From the NCBI RefSeq assembly GCF_006345805.1, contig NC_043011.1:17682464-17746463 (forward strand): a stretch of 64,000 nt of DNA, given 5' to 3'. Position numbers and translations under genes: made by a program. This DNA is from Octopus sinensis. Taxonomy: Eukaryota. Below, piece by piece: positions 1 through 10,553 of the stretch (positions within the stretch are counted from its first letter, which is position 1; each line of letters begins with the position of its first letter). The notes below the pieces were generated by a model, which was given only the letters and a program-made list of their open reading frames with translations, made no database searches and was not told where the DNA came from.

Positions 1-170
1 AACCTTTTCAATAGTCAAAACTATTGAAAACGTTGCAAGACGCAACGAAAATTTTAGGACAATAAAAATAAGAAAAAAGTGGACATTTTACCGGTGTGTG
101 TGTTAAATCATGAGGCACAGAAAGAAAATGACTCTACCCAGACGCAACAGAATATCTATATTCAATAATT
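1..170. repeat. Unclassified interspersed repeat (family D), with a hairpin at the window start
   Basis: The reverse complement of 1-170 aligns by eye with about 52185-52320 (GTCTG..AGAG.CATT.TC.TT..GTGCC..AT.ATT.AACACACAC..CGGTAAAAT.TCCACT...TTGCGTCTTGCA). TTTTCAATAG (5-14) and CTATTGAAAA (21-30) are a perfect inverted repeat. Confidence 0.7.
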
Positions 171-466
171 TTACTACTTAGATTTACAGAAAGGGCCTTT
201 CATTTTGTTGAGTAGGAACATGCCCGTTACATTAAAAACATATGTGAATGTTACCTACACAAATATGATATATACTACACAAATATAATAGTTCTATCGT
301 TGTCGAAACGCAAAATATTGCCTTAAGAAAGGTGTCATAATGTTATGCAACATTTTCGATTCGAATGTGATAGTTGATGCGAACATCAAACAAGTAAACA
401 TCGTTGACGTATATTTAAACCAAAGACGATATCATACAACATTTAGGCATCCCTATGTTATGACAC

Positions 467-697
467 AAGGCGCCGAGCTGGCTGAAACGTTAGCGCCACG
501 GGCGAAATGCTTAGCGGCATTTGTCTGTCGTTACGTTCTGAGTTCAAATTTCGCCGAGGTTGACATTGCCTTTCATCCTTTCGGGGTCGATAAATTAAGT
601 ACCAGTTATGCACTTGTTCGATATAATCGACTTAATCCCTTTATCTGTCCTTGCTTGTCCCCTCTGTGTTTAGCTCCTTGTGGGTAGTAAAGAAATA
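467..697 (+). mobile_element. tRNA-derived SINE family A, monomer
   Basis: Shares head AGGCG.CGAGCTGG..GAAACGTTAGC, core GAGGT.GAC.TTGCCTTTCATCCTTTCGGGGTCGATAAATTAAGTACCAG and tail GTGGGTAGTAAAGAAATA with copies at 12231, 31325 and 52723. TSD TTATGACAC at 458-466 and 702-710. Confidence 0.9.
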
Positions 698-730
698 TAT
701 ATTATGACACCACACACACACGTATATACA

Positions 731-773
<43 letters not shown>

Positions 774-914
774 ATATATACACACATATACACGCACATA
801 CGCACACGCACAGAGGTGAACACATAAGTGCAAACCAGGTTTAAAAAGTTATATTTCGAATACCAAAAGTAAAGTAATATGCCTTTTTATTGAAATTTCA
901 AAATTATCACTGAT

Positions 915-1382
915 TTGTTACTCACATCCCCTAGAAATATTAATAATAATAAGGTTATTGTATCTGAAGTCAATTACAACAGAATCAAGTTTATGTCAAG
1001 TAACTCTAAAATTAAAAATGCTATAAACCAGTGTAAAATTACTACTCGTAATCAAGTATATTTTTATATTAGAAGCACATCTTCACAGTTATCTGAAATA
1101 ATTTCTAATCATTACTCTACATTTAGGGATAGGAATAAATGTAACGGTACAGGGCTTAGGAAATTAATTTGGGACCTAAAAGACAACAATAAACAATTTA
1201 ATTTAAATTGGTTGAGTCTCTCAATCTCGATAACTTATGATAAAGGCAAAGAATTCTGTCTTCTCTGTAATTCTGAACTTTTTTTAATTCTTTTTTCTAA
1301 ACATCCTCTTGTAAACACGGTTATAGAGCGTGCATACGGATGTAAACTTTGGCAGAAACACACATTTAGTTCATATAAGTGA
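915..1382 (+). pseudogene. Penelope-like element GIY-YIG endonuclease C-terminal fragment, degenerate
   Basis: The ORF reads QCKITT..VYFYIRST...NHYSTFR...TGLRKLIWDLKD...FNLNW...FCLLCNSELFLI. This matches the PLE endonuclease pattern YIGxT..H..SFR..T.L..IW.LK..I.W..C.LC..E, with G-to-R in the YIG motif. Confidence 0.8.
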
Positions 1383-1892
1383 TATTTATCATTATATATA
1401 ACTTAAACATTAATTTTCTTCTTATATTTCTCATTCACAAGATATATATTCTTCCTAGTCTATGTGGTTTTATTTAATATACATATAATCATATACTTCT
1501 CATTTATTTAGTTTTCCTTTTCTTTATCCCTCTTTCTAAAGGCCACCTCTGACGTTATATCCTATAACGTTCATTTGAAACAATATCAATAGCGTTCAGT
1601 TAATCACTATACATATCCATCATTTCAAATAAGTATAATAGGTATGCATTCACCATCACCAGCTGCCAGACATACATAATACATAGTCATAGACAAACAC
1701 ACACTCACACACAAACATGAAAGCACGCACACGCAAACAAAAGTACACACACAAACACACACACACACACGCACTTAATGATGTATACAGTCATGTACTT
1801 TGACTGCAGCGTGAGTGCGTTTAACTTTTATTTCTAGCAAAGGTTTAGTTTTCATTTTGGTGAAACATTACACACCACTGTGTATACTAATT

Positions 1893-1989
1893 CTTCTTCT
1901 TCTTCTTCTTCTTCTTCTTCTTCTTCTTCTTCTTCTTCTTCTTCTTCTTCTTCTTCTTCTTCTTCTTCTTCTTCTCATTATTATTATTA

Positions 1990-2029
<40 letters not shown>
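1893..2029. repeat. Compound microsatellite (CTT)n-CTC-(ATT)n
   Basis: Read directly from the sequence. Confidence 0.95.
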
Positions 2030-2546
2030 GAGTGAGAGAGCAGTTCATGCCATCAAACTGACACTGGGGTAAAATATACGAAGCCCAATATACCCATCAT
2101 GACTACCCGTCTGATAAAGGTACACCAGGCACATGCATCACAACCATATGTGCGCGACATGGTGATCTCATATCAAGATAAACAGCACATGACCTTGCAG
2201 GTGGGGCCCAGTTAGAATTTTCTTCAGGTTGAGTAGCCCATCCCGCTCAAAAGATCCCTGAATAAGGGTTGTTTAAGGATGTTGAAAGAACCACCCATGT
2301 TTCCAGAGGTGAACTATTCAAACCCCAAAGAATCCCTCTCAACACATGGCTATGATGCTCCCCCACTACTTCTGCTCGTGATCAGAGATGCACATATCGT
2401 CAGCCACTAAGGGACATGCTCAACTGATTAAGGTCAAACAACTGACAAGCAAATCTGTGGTATTGAACAAAACAATGTACATGATAACACTTCCAATCAG
2501 TTAAGATCAGAAGCCATGAGAGCCACAGCCTGGTACTGCATCAGGG

Positions 2547-2547
<1 letters not shown>
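2030..2547 (-). mobile_element. ~520-bp non-coding interspersed element (family E) embedded in (ATT)n
   Basis: Colinear second copy at 16012-16543. Both copies are flanked on both sides by (ATT)n. No coding frame. Strand is inferred from co-orientation with the neighbouring RLE retroelements. Confidence 0.8.
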
Positions 2548-2577
<30 letters not shown>

Positions 2578-2654
2578 TTATTATTATTATTATAATTCTT
2601 CTTCTTCTTCTTCTTCTTCTTCTTCTTCTTCTTCTTCTTCTTCTTCTTCTTCTT

Positions 2655-2688
<34 letters not shown>

Positions 2689-2710
2689 TATTATTATTAT
2701 TATCATTATT
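2548..2710. repeat. Compound microsatellite (ATT)n-(CTT)n-CTC-(ATT)n
   Basis: Read directly from the sequence. Confidence 0.95.
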
Positions 2711-3127
2711 CAGTAGTTTTATTTTTATAGCGTGCTTTCACTTGACTACCGAGCGCAGCTCTGTGTGCCTTGGTTATGTGCTGTGATTTGTTGTGATGCT
2801 CTGATGGTTATTGTATGGCAAGTGTTCTGCGTAGGATGTGTGCAGTGCCTAGTAGTGCAATTTTCTGTAAGTTATATGTGTTTGTAAGTCCTGGTGTTTT
2901 TGTTATGTATTTGTCTGAATATTTTTTTATCATGCCTAATGCACCTACTATGATAGGAATTGTTTCTGTTTTCAGATTCCACATTCTAGTTACCTCTATT
3001 TCCAGGTCTTTGTATTTTGAGAGTTTCTCCATTTCTTTTAGAGACACGTTGTCATCTGCCGGTATTGATACATCAATTAGAAAGCATTTTTTTCTTCATG
3101 ATCTCTGACAACTATATCTGACAACTA
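2711..3127 (-). mobile_element. 5'-truncated 3' end of the R4/Dong-like retrotransposon, copy A
   Basis: Encodes ...CFLIDVSIPADDNVSLKEMEKLSKYKDLEIEVTRMW...IVGALG...HILRRTLAIQ* (RLE C-terminus) plus the 3' UTR. Matches 3715-4135 of the long copy. Confidence 0.92.
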
Positions 3128-3133
3128 TTATTA

Positions 3134-3165
<32 letters not shown>

Positions 3166-3212
3166 ATTATTATTTATTATTATTATTATTATATTATTAT
3201 TATATTATTATT

Positions 3213-3626
3213 CAGTAGTTTATTTTTATAGCGTGCTTTCACTTGACTACCGAGCGCAGCTCTGTGTGCCTTGGTTATGTGCTGTGATTTGTTGTGATGC
3301 TCTGATGGTTATTGTATGGCAAGTGTTCTGCGTAGGATGTGTGCAGTGCCTAGTAGTGCAATTTTCTGTAAGTTATATGTGTTTGTAAGTCCTGGTGTTT
3401 TTGTTATGTATTTGTCTGAATATTTTTTTATCATGCCTAATGCACCTACTATGATAGGAATTGTTTCTGTTTTCAGATTCCACATTCTAGTTACCTCTAT
3501 TTCCAGGTCTTTGTATTTTGAGAGTTTCTCCATTTCTTTTAGAGACACGTTGTCATCTGCCGGTATTGATACATCAATTAGAAAGCATTTTTTTCTTCAT
3601 GATCTCTGACAACTATATCTGACAAC

Positions 3627-3628
<2 letters not shown>
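3213..3628 (-). mobile_element. 5'-truncated 3' end of the R4/Dong-like retrotransposon, copy B (near-identical to A)
   Basis: The ORF track gives identical translations at a 501-bp offset (2808/3309 and 2815/3316). Both copies have the same truncation point with a GACAACTA duplication. Confidence 0.92.
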
Positions 3629-3714
<86 letters not shown>

Positions 3715-3717
<3 letters not shown>

Positions 3718-6490
3718 TAGTTTTATTTTTATAGCGTGATTTCACTTCACTACCGAGTGCAGCTCTGTGTGCCTTGGGTATGTGCTGTGATTTGTTGTGA
3801 TGCTCTGATTGTTATTGTATGGAAAGTGTTCTGCGTAGGATGTGTGCAGTGCCTAGTAGTGCAATTTTCTGTATGTTATATGTGTTTGTAAGTCCTGGTG
3901 TTTTTGTTATGTATTTGTCTGAATATTTTTTTATCATGCCTAATGCACCTACTATGATAGGAATTGTTTCTGTTTTCAGGTTCCACATTCTAGTTACCTC
4001 TATTCCAGGTCTTTGTATTTTGAGAGTTTCTCCATTTCTTTTAGAGACACGTTGTCATCTGCCGGTATTGATACATCAATTAGAAGGCATTTTTTTCTTC
4101 ATGATCTCTGACAACTATATCTGGTCTGTTGGCCTTAATTTCTCTATCTGTGTGTATCGGCATATCCCAGAGTATGGTTGCTTTCTCGTTTTGTGTGACC
4201 TTTTCTGTGTGTGCCTATACCATCTTTTTTCTGTTGTTATTCCATAATGTTGGCATAGCTTCCAATGTATGTAGGTTCCAACTCTGTCATGTCTGTGAAT
4301 ATATTCCTTCTTAGCCAGGACTGGGCAGCTAGAGATAATATGATTTATTGTTTCTTGTCCATCTCCACATATTCTGCAGTTACTTGTAATATTTCTTTTC
4401 ATTACATGGTTTTGGTAATTTCTGGTGGGGAGGCTTTGGTCTTGTGCTGCAATTAAAAATCCCTCTGTTTCTGCTTTGAGTCCTGAGCTTCTCAACCATT
4501 GCTGGGATTTTTCTTTGTCTATTTCTTTTGCGCTTAGTTTAGTCCAGTATTTACCATGAAGGGGCTTTTCTTGCCATCGTTTTATCATGGCTCGTTGCTG
4601 TTCTATTTTTAGTTTGGATTTCATTTGTTTTATAGCTTTTGTTGTTTCTTCATCATCTTCTTCTTCTTCTTTGTGTTTATTAGGTGGTATGATTTCTTTT
4701 TTGTATTTGTCAGCTTCCTTAAATACTGAGAACAGTTTTTTGTTTTGCTCGTGTTTTGCTGCTATCTGGATCAATTTTCCTTCCTTCTGAAGTAGGTATT
4801 TTTGCAGTCCTATGGTGGTTATTTTATAGTAGTTTTCCAGCTGTATAAGGCCTCTACCACCTTCTATACGTTGTATATATAGTCTTTCTATGTCAGATTT
4901 CTGGTGATGCATCCTAGATCCTGTCAGTATTTTTCTTGTTTTCCTATCTATTTTGGACAGTTCATTTCGTGTCCAGTTAAGGATATTGTAGCTGTAACTT
5001 ATAACTGGGACAGCTAAAGTGTTGATACCTATTATCTTGTTTTTAGCATTGAGCTCTGTTTTTAGTATTGATCTAACTCGTCTATAATATTCTTTTTTTA
5101 TTTTCTCTTTCATTTGTGTGTGTTGTGTCTTATCTAGTTCATGGATTCCTAAGTATTTGTAAGTTTGGCTTTGGTCTAATTCTTTTATTTCATTGGTTTT
5201 ATCTAGTGTGATGTTGTTACTCTTAACTAGTTTTCCTCTTTTCATGGTTACTTTGGCGCATTTTTCTAATCCAAATTTCATATCTATTTCTTTGGTAATC
5301 CATGAACTGTCTTTAATAGTGTTTCCAGCTGTTTGTCATTTGCAGCGTATAGTTTTAGGTCATCCATATATAAAAGGTGGCTGATCGTTTTGCCGTAACA
5401 TTTATATCCGCATCCAGTTCTATTTAGCATATCAGATAGAGGTGACATTGCCAAGCAGAAAAGGAGTGGAGAGAGCGTGTCTCCCTGGAATATTCCTCTT
5501 CTAATGGGGATGTCTTTGGTTTTCATGAGTCCCTCTTTTGTTTGGAGGTGTAGGATTGTTTGCCATTTATTCATAGAGTGCTCTATGAATTTTATGATTG
5601 TTGGTGCTACTTTGTTAATGGCTAGTGTTTCGAGGATCCATGTGTGGGGGATGCTATCAAACGCCTTTTTGTAGTCAATCCAGGCCATACTGAGGCCTTT
5701 CTTCTTTCTGTGGCTGTCTTCAGTTACGGCTTTATTAATCATTAGTTGATCTTTACAGCCATATGAGCCCTTGCGGCATCCTTTCTGCTCTTCTGGGAAC
5801 AGTTTGTTTTCGTCCAGGTGCTTGTTTCAGCCTTTGCGATATCACTGCAGTAAATGCCTTGAACATAGTAGGGAGGCAGGTTATTGGTCTGTAGTTTTCT
5901 GGTTTTGTTGTTTCATTTGATTTGGGAATTAAGATGGTTTTCCCCTTCGTGAGCCATTCAGGCATTGTCTCTGGCTCTGCTAGTATGCTGTTAAAGTTTT
6001 CAGCCAGCTTTTTGTGCATTCCTGTTAGATATTTCAACCAGAAGTTGGGGATCTTGTCATGCCCAGGTGCCTTCCAGTTGCTTAGTTTTTGCAGTGCCTG
6101 GGTGACCTCTTCAGTTGTTATGGGGGTCCAAAGTTGTTCAGATGCCGTGTTTGTTATTTTCATACTCCTTTTTTTTGGCTGTTCGTTCGCCGACCATATT
6201 TCTCTCCAGAATTCTTCCAATTCTTCTGCCGTTGGTGCTGCAGTGACTTCTATTTTATTTTTGCCCACTTCTTGGTAGAACTTTTTGGGGTCGGAGTTGA
6301 ACTTTTTGTTCTGTTCAAAGAAGCGTTGGCGTTTCTCGTACCGGCGGATCCTTTGAGCTTTGGCAAGGATATCTTGCTTCAGCTTTTCTTTTATCTCCGG
6401 CAAATCTTTTTCTGTGATGTTATATTTGCGGAGCATTTTTGTTCTCTTTTTGTTGCTCAGTAGCGTTGCTTGTTTGCTGATTTCATTAAG
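3715..6490 (-). mobile_element. RLE-type non-LTR retrotransposon (R4/Dong-like), 5'-truncated, ~2.8 kb, frameshifted ORF with RT, CCHC and restriction-like endonuclease
   Basis: ORFs 5753-6490, 5284-5742 and 4115-5281 carry RT motifs (NYRPITCL, WIDYKKAFDS, GIFQGDTLSPLLF, LLYMDDLKLY). They also carry the zinc knuckle CRIC..ETINHIISSC..RHD and the RLE C-terminus KLSKYKDL. Both ends abut (AAT)n on the sense strand. Microsatellite targeting is established for Dong-type R4-clade elements. Confidence 0.93.
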
Positions 6491-6550
<60 letters not shown>

Positions 6551-6577
6551 ATTATTCTCCTTCTTCTTCTTCTTCTT

Positions 6578-6639
<62 letters not shown>

Positions 6640-6670
6640 CATTATTATTATTCTCCTTCTTTTTCTTCTT

Positions 6671-6715
<45 letters not shown>

Positions 6716-6766
6716 ATTATTATCATTATTATTATTCTCCTTCTTCTTCTTCTTCTTCTTCTTCTT

Positions 6767-6818
<52 letters not shown>
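6491..6818. repeat. Higher-order compound microsatellite [(ATT)n-CTC-(CTT)n-CTC] x3, then (ATT)n
   Basis: Three CTT blocks (about 6557, 6652, 6737), each entered through ATTCTCCTT and left through CTTCTCATT. Confidence 0.9.
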
Positions 6819-7104
6819 TTCATCTCGCTATTTGTTCGATATTTTTGTACATTTGTAACTTGGCTAAACTTCCCATGCGATATGCAACCCGGCGTTACAG
6901 TTATGGGACAACCATTGCCACCGAGACATCAATGTGAAGGACTCTAAATACATATATGGAAGTATCTTTTATGGGACGCCACTCCCACTGGCTGGATGGG
7001 CATGCTATATCGATCTTTACACTCACTAGCAAACCACAAATATGCGGACACATGCGCATGCAAACATACAGTCGCCTCTACGCGCGCACATACAAATACA
7101 TGCT

Positions 7105-7235
7105 TGGCTCAGTCACGAACGTCGGGTGAGCATTCAGTTTTTCGACTTAGCTGTCTATTTAATCCTTGAATTAGCATGTGAATGGCCGCATGTTCTGCAC
7201 CAACATACACCTTTAATGTAAACTCCAGGGAGTAT
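7105..7235 (-). repeat. Diverged fragment related to the 3' tail of the SINE at 59687-60020
   Basis: By-eye similarity of TTGAATTAGCATGTGAATGGC...CACCTTTAATGTAAACTCCAGGGAGTATCA to the reverse complement of 59875-59960. Confidence 0.45.
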
Positions 7236-7496
7236 CAAACTGATTCAAAATGACCAAGCTAAGTCCGTTGATTTATTGATTAAGCTTTCCCATTAATTCC
7301 ACCAGTGTAATCCCACTTGAATTCATTTGGTTTACTCAGAGCGAAAATAAACGGCTCCGATCCAAGATACTACCTGTTATCAGAATTGCAATGAAGACTT
7401 CAGAAAAGAGACAGAGATGTAAAGTGACGTATTTTACATTTTTGTAAAGGTTTTTGAGTCATCTCATGACATTGAACGTGTAACACTGAATATCCA

Positions 7497-8680
7497 ATAA
7501 TTAGTTAGTTAGTAAGTTAGTTAATTTGGCTCAAAAGCAAATAGCAAGGCCATGTAGGGGGACATGGAGTTAAGTACAGGGTGGTGTTCATGTAAAGAGT
7601 TCAGGCCACTTGAGGTCCAGGGAGGCTTTGAACAAAGCGGTCGTCGGCATCTTCACCATCTCGTCTGGCAGCTTGTTCCACGGATCCGCAACCCGGACGG
7701 AGAAAGCTCCTCTCCTTCGATTGAGATGAAATCGTCGCAGGTAGAGCTTTTCGGAATGACCCCGCAGCCGACGCTCTGGAGCAGGAGTGAAGAACAGCTC
7801 TTTCGAGAGGTTACACTTCCCGCTTATGATGTTGTGGGCGAGAATGAGATCACCACGGCGGCGGCGTTTTTCAAGAGAATAAAGGTCGAGCGTCCTCAGC
7901 GTTTCTTCGTAGGACAAATTTTTGAGACCATGAATCATGCGGGTAGCCAGCCTCTGGACTCTTTCGAGGTGCTGTATGTCTTTGAGGAGATAAGGAGAAG
8001 AGGCTTGAATCCCATACTCCAATATGGGTCTCACCAGCGTGACATAGAGTGGCAGGAATATGGCTGCTGTGAGCATTCCGAATGACCGTCGAATCAAAAA
8101 CAGAATTCCGCGCGCTTTGTTGGCAGCATGGACGCACTGGGCCGAAGGCGAAAAGGAGGAATCCACCAAGATACCCAGGTCCTTTACCTGATCGGTCTTC
8201 TCCAGCAGCAGACGACCCGGCTCGAAATCAAGTTGAGTTGCAGGAGTAGAGCCGACAGGCAGATGACAGCACTTTGACACGTTCAGACACAGGTCCCAAT
8301 CGTTAGACCACTTCCAAATTTGGTGGAGGCATCGATGAAGATCCTCTATACTACCGCGAGGAGCGACCAGTTTGATATCGTCGGCAAATAGATGGGTGTG
8401 TTGCGTGAGGTCGTCGGGCAAGTCATTTATGAAGACTAAGAACAACAAGGGCCCAAGCACTGAACTTTGAGGCACGCCACTGCTCGCACTGGAGACGTCG
8501 GACCGCGAACCATTAACTTGAACTTGGAAGGAGCGATCTGAGAGGAAGGCACCAACCCATCGTACAATATCCGGATGGAAACTATATGCTTGAAGCTTGA
8601 CAAGTAGTAGGCGGTGGTTTACCGAGTCAAAAGCTTTGGCAAAGTCCAATAAAACGATGTCAACAGCATTACTATCAGTA
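7497..8680 (-). mobile_element. CR1/L2-group LINE, 5'-truncated, with uninterrupted RT C-terminal ORF (7588-8691) and (TAAC)n-like 3' tail
   Basis: The 367-aa frame has VDIVLLDFAKAFDSV, SGVPQSSVLGPLLF..FINDL, LFADDIKL, KDLGI.VD, LEYG..AW-like, and LERVQR.ATR..L..LSYEE.LR.L.LYSLEKRRRRGDLI motifs. It is followed by a short 3' UTR and TAACTAACTTACTAACTAACTAA. The segment is visibly GC-richer than its flanks. Confidence 0.92.
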
Positions 8681-10498
8681 TAATATAACATGTTTTATAG
8701 TTTCGTTACATATAATAAATTGCATGTGAATTGCATTTTGTTCCTTAAATTAGGTATGATTTATTTGCGATTTTGTATACATCTACAACATAGTTATTAC
8801 AGCAATATTAAATTAAAATTAGTGTAAAGATTGTGGAAAATGTTTGCAGTAAAAGCATGAAAAATATAACATAAAATAAAATATATGTTTGAGAAAATTA
8901 TTTGATGCGTAAATGCTTAACTGCTTGTTCTGTGTTATAAATATAATGTATGAAGATGATTTGTACAAATAACATAACTAACATACGTAATAAATAATCA
9001 ATGCCTTTTCTTTCCATGATGCCTACCCATTGAGAAACGTCTTACCATATAACTTTTATTTTCTTTAAAAATCGTTTTTCTGTTTTACTGCATCGTATTC
9101 CAATCGTAGAAATGTGTGGAATACAATTAAAACCTTGAATTTAAGAGTTTATTAACGGCGTAATAAAATCGCTGTTTTACTGTAATCAATAATTTCATTG
9201 TATTGACGATACTGGTTTCTCATAAAATTAACTATTCTAGCGTAATGGGCAAATGGAATTCAATATAAATTTTGCTTAGCATTTAGTTTTACAACTATCT
9301 ATCTATACAGCATACCTGATTCATTTCTATCCATTGAAACATCATAATTTTGAGAAAACACTTTATGATTGAGGTTGATAAAAAAACTTGTCCCTAGATA
9401 CAGCTGAGTAAATCTGATAGGTATTGAATCGACATGTTTACAAATGTAATTAGATTTAAAATATTCCGTCCACAGGTATTGAAACTATAAACATGCATAA
9501 TTAGTTTACAAGTATCACGTTTGATGATTATAAGCAAAAAAACAAAGGCAGATAAATTAATAACGATTTTATGGGGCTTCTAATTATTAGTTGGATTTTA
9601 ATAGGAGAAAAGCTAAAAATGCTACGGAATGTATAGTCAATTGAATACGCCAAAATTACATAATGAATTGACAGGGGAAAAATAAAAGTAACGATACCTC
9701 TAGCAATACTTGAACTCAGGACCTAATATGAAATAAAATGCGTAGCTAATGAGTCTATTTGCTACAATACATTCCCCACCGACATACCTCGATGACATTT
9801 TGCATTTATTTTTATATAACCCCAATGTCGCATATCTTCAGGGAAATTGGGAGAGGGATATAATATTAATTCAAACTGCAGTATTTAATTATATTATAGG
9901 TCCCACAGTAATGAAAAGCAATGTGAACCCCAAGTAAACTTGGACATCAAAAGTAAAAGACAAAATATATTTCGCAAAACAGGCATGTTCCGCATAGTAA
10001 CCGATTCTCAGGGCTATGGGTTTACTGATATCCTTGGACATTTCACATGAAAAATTATGGCCCCGTTTATTGTATTTCCAATTATCTGTCCTTCACTAAT
10101 TTATCATAGAGATTTTAAAATCATGTTATGGGTAGTGTTTCAGGAAATTTGATTTAAAAAAACTATAAAAATAATTCATGTTGCATAAGACTATTTATTT
10201 CAGAATATATATGGTCCCGTAATGAAAAATACACATACACACCGAATATATGATTATGCATATATATATATAATATATATATATATACACGAGTGAATTC
10301 ATAATTCTAATCCAGAAACGCGTCCATAATTAATCGAAGGCTGATTCTATTATCTTTCTTCATTTTACCTATGTGAGTTACAAATATTGTTATCTGTGGA
10401 GACATGTTTTGTAAGAAATAGAAATAGTGGTCTTTTGGCTGCTATTTCTAAGTTTTCGGTATGTGTGAAGCAACTTGTTGCTAAACCCTTGATTATTG

Positions 10499-10553
<55 letters not shown>

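Noticed and set aside
1545-1585. CTGACG followed by the hairpin ACGTTATA-TCC-TATAACGT and GAAAC after the first PLE fragment
   Set aside because: The position is suggestive, but the CUGANGA core is incomplete and spacing to GAAA is wrong. It is too degenerate to call.
7564-8085. 173-aa antisense ORF over the CR1/L2 RT as a separate gene
   Set aside because: It lies wholly within the element, has no recognisable motif, and antisense frames are common opposite GC-richer RT coding sequence.
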